From an uncultured virus (IMG/VR IMGVR_UViG_3300023097_000002) (Duplodnaviria; Heunggongvirae; Uroviricota; Caudoviricetes): a stretch of DNA of 64,000 nucleotides. The notes beneath the pieces are model-generated. The model ran no database searches and was not told the origin of the DNA. It saw nothing but the letters and a program-made list of their open reading frames with translations. The translations under genes were made by a program, and so were the position numbers. The stretch lies in IMG/VR virus record IMGVR_UViG_3300023097_000002, positions 1-64,000 of that record. The stretch is one strand, 5' to 3'. Shown one piece after another: positions 9,203-18,501 of this stretch. Each line of letters begins with the position of its first letter. The stretch's first letter is position 1.

Positions 9203-9912
9203 AGGGGTCGGTGCACGCGGCGATCGGAGCCTCGGCACCGGCAGGTCTCGTGCTCACTCAGCACGTCAGCGTCCTTCAGGGCGCGGTGATGGCAGCGGTC
9301 TCGGCGGGCTTCTCCCTGATGCCCGACCTGGATCACCCCAACGCCTGCGCCACGAAGGCTCTCGGCAAGCCTGTCCACAAGGTTGTCCACAGCCTGTGCA
9401 AGGCGGCCGTGAAGGGGACGGCGCTCGGTCGCGACCGGAGCTACCTGACTTTCCGGAAGGCCCGGGGTCAGGACCCGTACCACCGGACCCTGACGCATAC
9501 CCTGCTCGCCTCGGTGGCGACGGGAGCCCTGGCCTACGTTCTGGCGATGATCTCCCCCATCGCCTGTGGGGCGCTGGCTGCGTTCGGAGTCTTCATGCTC
9601 TGGCCGCTGTACCGGAAGACCATCGGCCTGGTCGTCCTCGGCGCCGCCGTGGCGGCCGTCGGATCGGTGATCTACCTGGACCCCTGGCTGATGGCGCTGG
9701 CCGTGACCGGCGGATATGCAAGTCACGTGGTGGCCGACGGCTGCACGACTGCCGGTGTTCCGGCGTTCTGGCCGATGACCATCCAGGGCAAGCGCTGGTG
9801 GAACATCCGGCTCTTGGGGGGATCCGTCTCCTCCGGGTCAGCCGCAGAGAAGGGACCGGCGATCGGGGTGGCGATGGCCTCCAACGCACTTCTGGTCCTG
9901 CTCAGCATGTAG
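9199..9912 (+). CDS. Membrane-bound metal-dependent hydrolase (YdjM-like)
   Basis: H..PDLDH..HRTLTH..SHVVAD..G.P.FWP motifs. Confidence 0.85.
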   Translation: MKGSVHAAIGASAPAGLVLTQHVSVLQGAVMAAVSAGFSLMPDLDHPNACATKALGKPVHKVVHSLCKAAVKGTALGRDRSYLTFRKARGQDPYHRTLTHTLLASVATGALAYVLAMISPIACGALAAFGVFMLWPLYRKTIGLVVLGAAVAAVGSVIYLDPWLMALAVTGGYASHVVADGCTTAGVPAFWPMTIQGKRWWNIRLLGGSVSSGSAAEKGPAIGVAMASNALLVLLSM

Positions 9913-9914
9913 GG

Positions 9915-9939
9915 AAGCCCGGCCTCTGGCCGGGCTTTT
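9915..9939 (+). terminator. Intrinsic terminator
   Basis: AAGCCCGGCC-TCT-GGCCGGGCTTTT. Confidence 0.75.
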
Positions 9940-9952
9940 CTGCTCTTGGCGA

Positions 9953-10447
9953 ATGACCTACATCTGGCGCACAATTGAAGACGGAAGTGGAGGGAAAGGT
10001 GATGCGATTCCGGTGACGCACGAGAAGGACGAGGTCTACGGCACGACGACGCGCCGGACTCTGGCGTACACGCGTACCCAGGACGAGCCGCCCACGGCGG
10101 ACTTCCGGCCCCGCGCGGTACCCGTACCCGTTCAGCCACAGGAACGCATGGCCCCGCTGCCGCCCGAGGAGACCAGCCCGTACGGACCGGAGGCGGTCGT
10201 CCGCGCCCGCGAGATGGACTACGAGCTGACGACGCGCATCCAGCAGGAGTCGCCGTACGTGGCGCAGGAAGTCGTCGAGCACAAGATCCACGACTACCGG
10301 CTCTACATCGGCATGTGGATCGTGGCCGGTCTGAGTGCCGTCACGGCCTTCCTCACGTTCGACCTGGTGCACCTGGCCATAGCCGGTGTCGCGGTCGTCT
10401 TCGCCCTGATGTCCTCCCCCGGGCAGCAGTACCGAGACGTGGATTGA
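9953..10447 (+). CDS. Membrane protein with two C-terminal TM segments
   Basis: Pro-rich N-terminus and hydrophobic C-terminus; start codon uncertain. Confidence 0.55.
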   Translation: MTYIWRTIEDGSGGKGDAIPVTHEKDEVYGTTTRRTLAYTRTQDEPPTADFRPRAVPVPVQPQERMAPLPPEETSPYGPEAVVRAREMDYELTTRIQQESPYVAQEVVEHKIHDYRLYIGMWIVAGLSAVTAFLTFDLVHLAIAGVAVVFALMSSPGQQYRDVD

Positions 10448-10473
10448 CGCGGGCTGCATGGCTGCCATAAACT
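10444..10473 (+). promoter_or_regulatory. Strong sigma70-type promoter
   Basis: TTGACG-18 nt-TAAACT, 27 nt before the ATG at 10501. Confidence 0.65.
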
Positions 10474-10500
10474 GAACTTACCCGAACGGAAGGGAAGTTC

Positions 10501-10722
10501 ATGGGAGTCCTCAGCCGCGTCAAGCACTTCTTGACGCGAGACGGCGCCACGGTCGTCATCGAGAACACCGGTCCGGCCACCAGTTCGAACGGCGGGGCGG
10601 CGGTCACCGGATACAGCGGGCCGTCGCCGAAGTCCGGCGGAAGCGTCACGGTGAAGAACACCGGTCCGGCGACCGCATCCGGTCCCGGCAGTCGGTCCGT
10701 CTCCGGAATCGACTACACCTGA
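10501..10722 (+). CDS. 73-aa two-repeat Gly/Ser/Thr-rich protein (amyloid-signalling-motif-like)
   Basis: Repeats VVIENTGPATSSNGGAAVTGY and VTVKNTGPATASGPGSRSVSGIDY; own promoter and RBS; TGATG coupling to the next gene. Confidence 0.65.
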   Translation: MGVLSRVKHFLTRDGATVVIENTGPATSSNGGAAVTGYSGPSPKSGGSVTVKNTGPATASGPGSRSVSGIDYT

Positions 10723-10925
10723 TGGCCGGGCGGAAGAAGTCCGAACAGGGACCGGAAAAGCGCGAAGAGCGGACCGTCGTGCGCTGGACGAGCAGCGAGA
10801 AGAAGCGGCTCGCCGAGGCCAAGAAGAACATGGGCGTCCCGTACGACGTGGATGTGGTGCGGATTCTGACCCTTCGGGGTCTCGATTCCCTGCTGGGCAA
10901 GGAGCCGGAAAACGTGGCAGAGTGA
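10722..10925 (+). CDS. Ribbon-helix-helix-like DNA-binding protein
   Basis: RTVVRWTSSEKKRLAEAKK...VVRILTLRGL strand-helix-helix pattern. Confidence 0.55.
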   Translation: MAGRKKSEQGPEKREERTVVRWTSSEKKRLAEAKKNMGVPYDVDVVRILTLRGLDSLLGKEPENVAE

Positions 10926-11116
10926 TCGCCATGACGAACAGCATCTCCTCGGATCCCCTGGTCGACATCACCGAGGCTGCCGCGCGCATGGGCGTGAAGG
11001 AACGCCGCGCGCGCCGGATCCTCGCCCAGAACCTCATCCAGCCGGTCCGGACCGCCCAGGGAATCCGCTATCGGCTCGACGACATCCGCGACGTGAAGCG
11101 GATGTACCAGCAGTGA
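10922..11116 (+). CDS. Excisionase/MerR-like HTH protein
   Basis: LVDITEAAARMGVKERRARR...RYRLDDI. Confidence 0.7.
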   Translation: MIAMTNSISSDPLVDITEAAARMGVKERRARRILAQNLIQPVRTAQGIRYRLDDIRDVKRMYQQ

Positions 11117-11238
11117 AGGCGTTTCTCAGGCAAGCCGCGAAGGAGCTGACGTTTGCCGTCGTGGCAGCGGCCATCTTCTCGGCCCTGTTCATCCTGGGTC
11201 ATCTCGTGATCTACCAGGAGTGGCCCCGCTGGAAGTAG
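11113..11238 (+). CDS. 41-aa single-TM protein, absent from the ORF track
   Basis: GTGA overlap; MKAFLRQAAKELTFAVVAAAIFSALFILGHLVIYQEWPRWK. Confidence 0.55.
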   Translation: MKAFLRQAAKELTFAVVAAAIFSALFILGHLVIYQEWPRWK

Positions 11239-11260
11239 CGGGGCCTGGAATGGAGAAGAA

Positions 11261-11800
11261 GTGAACGATCAGGAAATCCGTGCTGCCGCCGCCCAGGCTG
11301 CGGCCACGCTCATGGCTCCCATGCAGCCCATGCCCGCCGACTTCGTCGCCGTGGCCGAGGTCGTTGAGGCGTTCATCCGAGACGGCAAGGAGGCGGCCTT
11401 CGCTCTCACGGTTCCCGTGGACGCCCCGGCCCAGCTCCCGGCCCCCGATCCCGAGCCGCCTGCCCAGGTGGGCCAGGTTCCGGTCGAGGACGCCCCTCCC
11501 GTCCAGGATGCGACACCCCCGGAGGAGCCCAGTCCTGCGCCCGAGCCGGAGGCCCAGGTGATCCAGATGGTGGGCCGTGTCGCTTCCCCGAAGCAGCAGG
11601 AAGCCCGGAGCATCATCGAACGCAAGAAGAAGGAGCGCGTCGACTCGATCGTGGCCGAAGCGTCCGTCGCCAAGGTCAAGGCGCACAAGCAGCGCCTCCT
11701 CGACGACGCCGAGGGCGCCGGACTGGCGGACTACCCCGTCATCATCAAGGGTTCGACGATGACCCTGGGAACGTATCTCGGTTCCCTGCTTGGAAGTTGA
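11261..11800 (+). CDS. Hypothetical protein with Pro-rich linker
   Basis: RBS GGAGAAG; GC3 bias. Confidence 0.65.
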   Translation: MNDQEIRAAAAQAAATLMAPMQPMPADFVAVAEVVEAFIRDGKEAAFALTVPVDAPAQLPAPDPEPPAQVGQVPVEDAPPVQDATPPEEPSPAPEPEAQVIQMVGRVASPKQQEARSIIERKKKERVDSIVAEASVAKVKAHKQRLLDDAEGAGLADYPVIIKGSTMTLGTYLGSLLGS

Positions 11801-11877
11801 CCTCTTCTGGTGATAGAATCGCAGAAGAAGGGAAAACGCCGGTATCTTTGAGTGACCAGTTCACGAGGAGGTACCGA

Positions 11878-12168
11878 ATGCTCAGCACAGGCGCGACCAT
11901 CAGCCGGACCGTCGAGAATCTGCTGGCCATCATGGTCAGTGAAGACCGAGATCGACTGGCTGGAAGCACGGTCCGCAAGGTGTACTCGGAGAAACTGAAG
12001 GCGCTGGCAACGCACCTCGGAGTCTCTGAAGCGTACCTGCCGAGGAAGATCCAGGCAGGTACATGGGATGCGAAGGAACTCGATCAACTCGCCGAGTTCT
12101 TCGAGATGTGGCCCGGCGATTTCGTTCCGGGCCCAGAAGATGAGAAAACGGAAACGGAGAAGGCGTGA
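11878..12168 (+). CDS. XRE/Cro-like HTH regulator
   Basis: KALATHLGVSEAYLPRKIQAGTWDAKELDQLAEFF; RBS GAGGAGG; TAGAAT upstream. Confidence 0.65.
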   Translation: MLSTGATISRTVENLLAIMVSEDRDRLAGSTVRKVYSEKLKALATHLGVSEAYLPRKIQAGTWDAKELDQLAEFFEMWPGDFVPGPEDEKTETEKA

Positions 12169-13679
12169 AGTTCACGGACGAACAGCAGGCCGCGATCGAC
12201 CTCGCCCTCAAGGGTGAGAACTTCTCCCTCGTGGCCCCGGCCGGTTCGGGCAAGAGCGCCACGGCGCTCGGCATCGCCGTCGCGATGAAGTCCACGCTGG
12301 TCAGCCAGGGCCTCAAGGGTCTCTACTTGGTCTACAACACGCAGGCACGGAAGGAAGCGGAGGCGAAGTTCAAGCGGGCGGGTATCACCTGGTTCGACGT
12401 CCGCACCACGAGCCAGCTCGCCTGGCGCGCGTACGCCAACACGCACAAGGAGCGCATGGCGATCGACGCCCCGGCGGTCCCCGCCAAGGAGGTCGCGAAG
12501 GCGCTGGACCTGACCCCGAAGGACTTCGGCGACAAGCTGATCCTCGACGGGTTCACCCAGGCGCGGCTCGCCTCCGACACGATCGAGCGCTTCTGCAACT
12601 CCGACCACGTCCAGATCACCGAGAAGGACGTCTACATTCCGATCGCCGGTCCCGGCGAGGCGGCCATGACGGCGGCCCGTGGGTTCATCGCGAAGCTCGC
12701 GTGGGCCCTGTGGAAGCAGTCCATCATGCCGAACTCCCGTCTCCGCTTCACGATGAACCACGCCTTCAAGCTGGTCGCCGAGAGCGGCAAGGACTACGGC
12801 TACGGCGTCGTCCTGATCGACGAGGCCCAGGACAGCAACGACGCCACGATGAAGTTCCTGCTCAACCAGAAGCACGCGCAGGGCATCCTCATCGGCGACC
12901 CGGCGCAGTCCCTGTATGCCTGGCGCGGCGCCTCCGACCAGATCATGCGGTACGACGCCCCGCGCCTGTACCTCACCCAGTCGTTCCGCTTCGGTGACGG
13001 CGTCGCCGAGGAGGCGATGAAGCACCTTCCCCACACCGAGACCGGCGTCACGATCAAGGGTCTGCCCTCGATCTCCGACCTGGTCACCGAGGACGACATG
13101 GAGGAGCCGAACGTCGTCCTGACCCGCACGAACGCGGGTGCCATGACCTACGCGATGAGCTACCTGAAGGCAGGCAAGCGGGTCGCGATGGTCAAGGGAA
13201 CGAAGGAGATCGTCGATCTGGCCTACGCCGCTCGTGACCTCATGGCTGGAAAGAAGGCGAGGAGCCTCAAGCTCAGCGCCTTCGACAACTGGGCGGAGCT
13301 GGTCGAGTACACCAAGGAGCCCGGCGGCGGTGAGCTGAAGGCGATCGTGAAGCTGATCAACGTGTACGGCATCAGCGACCTGATCTCCGCATGCAACCGT
13401 ATGGCCCGCTACACCGAGCCGCACGATGTGGCGGTCTCCACGTGCCACTCGATCAAGGGCCTGGAGTGGAAGAAGGTTCAGATCGGCGACGACTTCTTCG
13501 AGCCGGAGCCGTTCGAGAACCCGCTCACCCAGCAGATGGAGCCAGGCGTCATCGACCGGCACGAGGCCATGATTCACTACGTGGCCGTCACGCGGGCCCA
13601 GGAGCACCTGGACCGTGGTGGCCTGAAGTGGATCGACAACTACCCGGCGCCGGTCGGCGGCCATGCCCTCCGGAAGTGA
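12165..13679 (+). CDS. UvrD/Rep-like SF1 helicase
   Basis: APAGSGKS, LIDEAQD, GDPAQSLYAWRGA, QSFRFG, TCHSIKGLEW and YVAVTRA motifs. Confidence 0.92.
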   Translation: MKFTDEQQAAIDLALKGENFSLVAPAGSGKSATALGIAVAMKSTLVSQGLKGLYLVYNTQARKEAEAKFKRAGITWFDVRTTSQLAWRAYANTHKERMAIDAPAVPAKEVAKALDLTPKDFGDKLILDGFTQARLASDTIERFCNSDHVQITEKDVYIPIAGPGEAAMTAARGFIAKLAWALWKQSIMPNSRLRFTMNHAFKLVAESGKDYGYGVVLIDEAQDSNDATMKFLLNQKHAQGILIGDPAQSLYAWRGASDQIMRYDAPRLYLTQSFRFGDGVAEEAMKHLPHTETGVTIKGLPSISDLVTEDDMEEPNVVLTRTNAGAMTYAMSYLKAGKRVAMVKGTKEIVDLAYAARDLMAGKKARSLKLSAFDNWAELVEYTKEPGGGELKAIVKLINVYGISDLISACNRMARYTEPHDVAVSTCHSIKGLEWKKVQIGDDFFEPEPFENPLTQQMEPGVIDRHEAMIHYVAVTRAQEHLDRGGLKWIDNYPAPVGGHALRK

Positions 13680-14205
13680 CCGCGACTGGCTGAAGGCCGA
13701 ACTGGCGGGGCCCCTCGAAGGATTCCGCCAGTTCGGCTGGAGCGTGGAGACCGGTTACACGAAGAAGACGTTCCAGGAGTTCGCCCACGGGCGGCACCGG
13801 AACCCCTTCGGGATGGACGAGTCTCTGGTCACCGCCCGTTTCACTGACGACGGGCGGCTGGAGCTGAAGAGGTACGCACTCCCGCGCGGCATCGCCGAGT
13901 GGGTCGAGTGCGACGAGGCGGCCTTCCTGGGCTTTCTCGCCGAGGGTGAAGCCGGACTCGACAAGGGCTCGCACTTCACCCGGCCCACGTACTGCCCGTG
14001 CGACAAGAAGCGCCACCGCTCTGCACTGCGGGGCGAGGCGTTCGCCCGGCGGGTGGCCCAGGAGGCTGGCAGCGACGGCCTCCAACGCGCCTACCGGTGC
14101 GACTGGAACGCGCGGGCCGTGCACCTCTCCAGCAAGAAGCGCGGCACGCTCGGCGAGCCGATCCCCGGCGCCTATGTGGTGCTGGCCGAAGGGTGGAACT
14201 CGTGA
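13663..14205 (+). CDS. Hypothetical protein with Cys/His C-terminal motif
   Basis: CPCDKK...RAYRC...VHLSS; coupled to the next gene. Confidence 0.55.
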   Translation: MPSGSDRDWLKAELAGPLEGFRQFGWSVETGYTKKTFQEFAHGRHRNPFGMDESLVTARFTDDGRLELKRYALPRGIAEWVECDEAAFLGFLAEGEAGLDKGSHFTRPTYCPCDKKRHRSALRGEAFARRVAQEAGSDGLQRAYRCDWNARAVHLSSKKRGTLGEPIPGAYVVLAEGWNS

Positions 14206-14621
14206 AGCACGAAACACCGGCCCTGTGGCGCCCCGTGGAGGGGCGCCTGGTCATCAAGATGCCCTTCGCGAAGACGAACAGGGCCTGGTTCAAGAGCGTG
14301 CTCGGAAGCCGGATCCGGCCCGACTGGAACGGCGAGACGAAGCGCTGGGAGATCGCCCGGGATCACTTCGGTCCGCTGGTGCAGGCGCTCGCGCAGCGGT
14401 ACGGCAAGGTCGACGTCTACATGGACTTCCGCCAGACCGAACGGTGCGACACCCGGTGCCGGAACGCCCGGAGCCGTGAGTGCACCTGCTCCTGCCTCGG
14501 CAAGAGCCACGGCCAGGGCGTCAGCTTCGGCTGGAAGGTGGTCAGCGACAACCACACGATGGTGCGCACCACCGGCACCATCCGGCGGCACATCGTCGTC
14601 GAACGCGACGAGGAGGAGTGA
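14202..14621 (+). CDS. Hypothetical zinc-finger protein
   Basis: CDTRC..A...CTCSCLGKSHG. Confidence 0.65.
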   Translation: MKHETPALWRPVEGRLVIKMPFAKTNRAWFKSVLGSRIRPDWNGETKRWEIARDHFGPLVQALAQRYGKVDVYMDFRQTERCDTRCRNARSRECTCSCLGKSHGQGVSFGWKVVSDNHTMVRTTGTIRRHIVVERDEEE

Positions 14622-14833
14622 TGGGCCAGCCGACACCCCGCATCGCCTGTCACCTCTGGCAGCCGTTCAACCATGTCGGCCACGCCTACCGGCGCGGCGA
14701 CCAGACCGTTCACTGTCCCGGGCGAAACTGGCCCGGGATGCCCTGGGTGAGCCCGAAGCCCAGCCGGGCCGCCCGCCGGGTGGCCGTCACGACGGCCTGG
14801 GTGGAGCAGCACCCCGAGAGTTTCGTTCCGTGA
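14621..14833 (+). CDS. Hypothetical protein
   Basis: TGATG coupling; RBS GGAGGAG. Confidence 0.5.
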   Translation: MGQPTPRIACHLWQPFNHVGHAYRRGDQTVHCPGRNWPGMPWVSPKPSRAARRVAVTTAWVEQHPESFVP

Positions 14834-14841
14834 GGAGAGAG

Positions 14842-15216
14842 ATGACGCAGGAGCAGGAGAGGGTCCCCGAGATCCACCAGGTGATCCGGTCGCTGACCGA
14901 CTGGCTCGGGCCCTCGCTGATCGGTGAGTTGTGCGGCCTCCCGGGGGCGGCGCCGCTGAAGCGCTGGCTGGTGCAGCCGCCCGACATCGGGATCGAGGCG
15001 AAGCTGCGCACCGGGTACGAGGTGTTTCAGATTCTCCGCAAGGCGGAGGGTGTCGACATCGCCCGCGCCTGGATGATCGGCATGAACCCGCACCTGGAGA
15101 ACCACGACGGCGGCAACTACCCCGACGGCTGCCCCACCACGGAGATCGGACTGGGGTACGGCAGGGACGTCCTTGTGGCGGCCCGCGCCTACGTACAGGA
15201 TCCGAGCGTCACGTGA
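14842..15216 (+). CDS. Xre/MbcA-antitoxin-like protein
   Basis: HTH-like N-terminus followed by ARAWMIGMNPHL...V..AARAY. Confidence 0.55.
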   Translation: MTQEQERVPEIHQVIRSLTDWLGPSLIGELCGLPGAAPLKRWLVQPPDIGIEAKLRTGYEVFQILRKAEGVDIARAWMIGMNPHLENHDGGNYPDGCPTTEIGLGYGRDVLVAARAYVQDPSVT

Positions 15217-15494
15217 AGCGCGAGTGGCAGGGGAAGTCCCTGGACTCCCTGCTGGCCAAGAGGCGGGAGATCGGCCGGATCAACAGGCAGATGTTCCGCC
15301 TCTCCAATCAGCGCCGCCAGATCGAGCGTGAGTTCCTGGATGAGTTGGCCGTGCTGCTGGGTTGTCCAGACGCGGCCCTCATGGACTCCCATCACATCTG
15401 TCCCGAGTCCCCCATCGAGCACTGCGTGTTCGAGGTGGTCATGAGCATTGAGGATCCAGGCTGCATGTTCTGCGGCGGCAAGATCAACCGATAG
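15213..15494 (+). CDS. Hypothetical protein with Cys-rich C-terminus
   Basis: CPESPIEHC...CMFCG; GTGA overlap. Confidence 0.55.
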   Translation: MKREWQGKSLDSLLAKRREIGRINRQMFRLSNQRRQIEREFLDELAVLLGCPDAALMDSHHICPESPIEHCVFEVVMSIEDPGCMFCGGKINR

Positions 15495-15508
15495 CGGAAA
15501 GAGAGAAG

Positions 15509-16135
15509 ATGAAGGCCACCTACCCCGGCTTCGAGTTCGTCTACGCCGACTCCGAGTTCACCCCCGACAACCACACCCCGGCGGGCCTGGTGTCCACGGC
15601 CCTCCAGGCGGACCACGACTGGCTGTACCTGGTGAACGCCGACGCCGACCGTGAGGACTTCTGCTCCGACCCGTTCCGGCGCGACCGCATCTGGTCGAAG
15701 CTGCCGCTGCGGGCCGACGGCTCCCTCGATCGCAGCAGTCCCTACGTGGTGCCCTACACGGCCATCCGCTCGGCAGTCGGCTCGTACTTCGACGGCCTCA
15801 CCGACAAGCAGAAGTACAAGAACCGGATCGGCTTCGTCGCAGATCACTGCACCCAGGACATGCAGCGGATCCACAACCTCTTCCACAACGACTGGTTCGG
15901 CGAGATGCCCCAGTCCGTCCCGAAGCACCCGTTCGTGGACCTGGCCTCCCTGGAGATGCTGGCCGGAGTCGAGGACGACCATCTGCCGAGCGGGCTGCGG
16001 CTGCCCGAGAAGTACGCCGAGCGTGCCCACCACGCCCTCTACGACGCCCGGTGGGACAAGGAGGTCCACGAGTTCCTGCTGGCCCACTCCAGGGCCGTAC
16101 GGGTGGCTTCCGGCGTCGAACGCCTGGAGGACTGA
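15509..16135 (+). CDS. DEDDh 3'-5' exo(ribo)nuclease (Rv2179c-like)
   Basis: YADSEF...D...HHALYDARW. Confidence 0.75.
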   Translation: MKATYPGFEFVYADSEFTPDNHTPAGLVSTALQADHDWLYLVNADADREDFCSDPFRRDRIWSKLPLRADGSLDRSSPYVVPYTAIRSAVGSYFDGLTDKQKYKNRIGFVADHCTQDMQRIHNLFHNDWFGEMPQSVPKHPFVDLASLEMLAGVEDDHLPSGLRLPEKYAERAHHALYDARWDKEVHEFLLAHSRAVRVASGVERLED

Positions 16136-16479
16136 TGGCCGAGGGGCACCGATATCTACTGAGCCCGGTGTACATCCTGAAGGCCGAGATCGACCACGAC
16201 CGGATGGACTGCGAGGACGACGACCCGCGCAAGGTGTGGGTGGTTGCTACCTGGTCCCTGCGCCGCGCGGTGCTGACCCATGCCGAGCCGTTCCTGGAGG
16301 CGGCCGGTACCACGGACGTGATGTCCCTGGAGGGCAAGCACTTCATGACACGGATCGACCTGAGCGACCCACCTCCCTTCGAGCACGAGGGTGGCGAACG
16401 TCTGGAGTGGCCCGAGTTGAGGCTGGCCAGGCCGATCTCGGAGGTCTGCGCAGAACTGGGCATCGAGCCCCCGCAGTGA
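16135..16479 (+). CDS. Hypothetical protein
   Basis: TGATG coupling; RBS GGAGG. Confidence 0.6.
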   Translation: MAEGHRYLLSPVYILKAEIDHDRMDCEDDDPRKVWVVATWSLRRAVLTHAEPFLEAAGTTDVMSLEGKHFMTRIDLSDPPPFEHEGGERLEWPELRLARPISEVCAELGIEPPQ

Positions 16480-16565
16480 GATTCGCGCCGCTGGCGCGTC
16501 ATACAAGAAGGTGGCGTTCCCGGGCCCCGCTGAAGCGGGGCCCGTCCGCCCGGACTGGAGAAGAG

Positions 16566-17111
16566 ATGTCCAAGCCCTTGCTGCTGATCGACGTGGACGG
16601 GCCACTGAACCCGCACGCCGCGAAGCCGCACCGCCGCCCCGAGGGGTACAGCACGCACCGTCTGAACCCCACCGACCAGAATGGCGAGCACTGGACGAAC
16701 GTCTACGGCAAGCCGTTGCGCGTCTGGCTCAACGAGTCGCACGGTGTCGAGCTGCTGAAGCTGGCCAAGCACTTCGATCTGGTGTGGGCCAGCATGTGGG
16801 GCCCCGAGGCGAACGAGTGGATCGGCCCGCTCATCGGCCTGCCCGAGCTGGAGTACGTGGACTTCTGGGCCAACGACCCGCACCCGGAGAAGAGCGGCCG
16901 GACCGACGGCGTCTTCTGGAAGACGCCGCACATCGTGACGTGGGCCGACGGGCGTCCGTTCGCCTGGATCGACGACGAGATCCAGACCGGTGACCGCGAG
17001 TTCGTGACATCCGGCCATCTGGGTCACGCACTGCTGCACTACGTCAGCCCGAGAACCGGGCTGCTCGACGAGGACTTCAAGACGCTCGCGGCGTGGGTCG
17101 TCGGGCTGTAG
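16566..17111 (+). CDS. HAD-superfamily protein (RNA-repair-associated HAD type)
   Basis: LLLIDVDGPLN, WASMW, WKT and FAWIDDE motifs. Confidence 0.85.
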   Translation: MSKPLLLIDVDGPLNPHAAKPHRRPEGYSTHRLNPTDQNGEHWTNVYGKPLRVWLNESHGVELLKLAKHFDLVWASMWGPEANEWIGPLIGLPELEYVDFWANDPHPEKSGRTDGVFWKTPHIVTWADGRPFAWIDDEIQTGDREFVTSGHLGHALLHYVSPRTGLLDEDFKTLAAWVVGL

Positions 17112-17125
17112 GAGAGGGGAAGATC

Positions 17126-17623
17126 GTGAAGCAGGAGCAGGACGTACCGGTGCGCGGGTGCTGCGACCGCACCGAGGAGCTGGCCGAGAGGGCGCACGAG
17201 AACGGGGAGATCTTCTACCTGACCCGTGACGGCCACCCCATGGCCGCTGTCGTGCCGGTCGGCATGAAGTCCACGGCGGTTCCCGGGGCGCTCGACGCTG
17301 CGTACGACGCCGCCTTTCCTGGCCTCCCGGGCGGTATGACCGAAGGCGAGGCGCGACGACGCCTGACGGCCGCCCTGAACGCCGCGTACATGCACTACGC
17401 CGACGGTCTGGAGAAGTCCGAGCAGTACGGCGCCCAGCGGGCGATGTCAGAGGCGTGGCGTAGGTTCGAGTTGAACGCGGAGGAGCCCGACAACCCCTCG
17501 GCCGACGCGCTCGCCCGGCACATCGCGGACCACCCGGTCTCGACGATCCAGGCTGCCATGCGGATCCTGGGTTGGAAGGTTTCCTTCGAACTCGTCATGC
17601 AGGAAAGCGACGAGAACGCCTGA
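17126..17623 (+). CDS. Protein with Phd/YefM-like N-terminal domain
   Basis: ELAERAHENGEIFYLTRDGHPMAAVVPV. Confidence 0.55.
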   Translation: MKQEQDVPVRGCCDRTEELAERAHENGEIFYLTRDGHPMAAVVPVGMKSTAVPGALDAAYDAAFPGLPGGMTEGEARRRLTAALNAAYMHYADGLEKSEQYGAQRAMSEAWRRFELNAEEPDNPSADALARHIADHPVSTIQAAMRILGWKVSFELVMQESDENA

Positions 17624-17723
17624 TCGTCGATTCTGAGAACGATGATTCGCGAAAATCTCGCAGATCTCTGGTAGAGTAGTACTCACAAGCCCCGGAAGCC
17701 GGGGCTTCGGAAGGGGAACGAAC

Positions 17724-18431
17724 GTGAGCCTGGACAGCATCGTCGGCAAGCAGATCTACTTCAACGTCCGCACGAAGAAGATCGTTGCCGTACTCGACAA
17801 GGACGACCGCGAGGCGAACATCGCGACGGTCAACGACGGCAGCCTGGGCCGCCGCCGCACCGTGCGGGCCTCGCTCATCCACTCGGAGTACCTGGCCTCC
17901 GACGGGCAGCCGCAGGACAACGGCTACGTGCCGCTGACGGCCCTCCCGGAGGACCACCCCCACGCCGTCAAGGCGCCGGAGAACAACTGGAGCGGCATGA
18001 ACCCCGATGACATCGACAACCTCGACGACGCGGCGCTGGCCGTGTTCATCCTGGAGCAGGAGCGCATCAAGAAGGAGGCGGCCGACCTGGTCGACCGCGC
18101 CAAGGCCGTCGCGAAGTACCGCCGGGGCGGCAACCTGGGGATCGACATCCAGGACGGCGTGGCCCTGGTCTACACGTCCGGCACGAAGTTCGACGCCGCG
18201 ACCGCCAAGCGGAACCTGTCGCCCGACGACTACAAGCGGATCCTCCTGCCGAAGCCCGACGCCACGATGGCGCGCAAGCTCTTCGAGCACGAGCAGGACA
18301 AGCTGGACGCGTGCCTGAAGGACAACGGGCCGACGCTGACGGTCCGCCGGGCGACCGACGAGGACAAGGAGAAGTACCTGGCCTCCCGTCCCTCCGGCGA
18401 GGACGACGAGGACTTCAGCTTCGAGGGCTGA
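17724..18431 (+). CDS. Hypothetical phage protein with acidic C-terminus
   Basis: Upstream TAGAGT, hairpin 17687-17707 and RBS; strong GC3 bias. Confidence 0.7.
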   Translation: MSLDSIVGKQIYFNVRTKKIVAVLDKDDREANIATVNDGSLGRRRTVRASLIHSEYLASDGQPQDNGYVPLTALPEDHPHAVKAPENNWSGMNPDDIDNLDDAALAVFILEQERIKKEAADLVDRAKAVAKYRRGGNLGIDIQDGVALVYTSGTKFDAATAKRNLSPDDYKRILLPKPDATMARKLFEHEQDKLDACLKDNGPTLTVRRATDEDKEKYLASRPSGEDDEDFSFEG

Positions 18432-18444
18432 TCCTCCGGCCGCA

Positions 18445-18485
18445 GGAAACGGGCCCCGCTGTCCCCTGAGCGGTGGCCCGTTTCC
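18445..18485 (+). terminator. Hairpin terminator
   Basis: GGAAACGGGCC...GGCCCGTTTCC. Confidence 0.6.
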
Positions 18486-18501
18486 ATGTCAGGATACGGC
18501 C

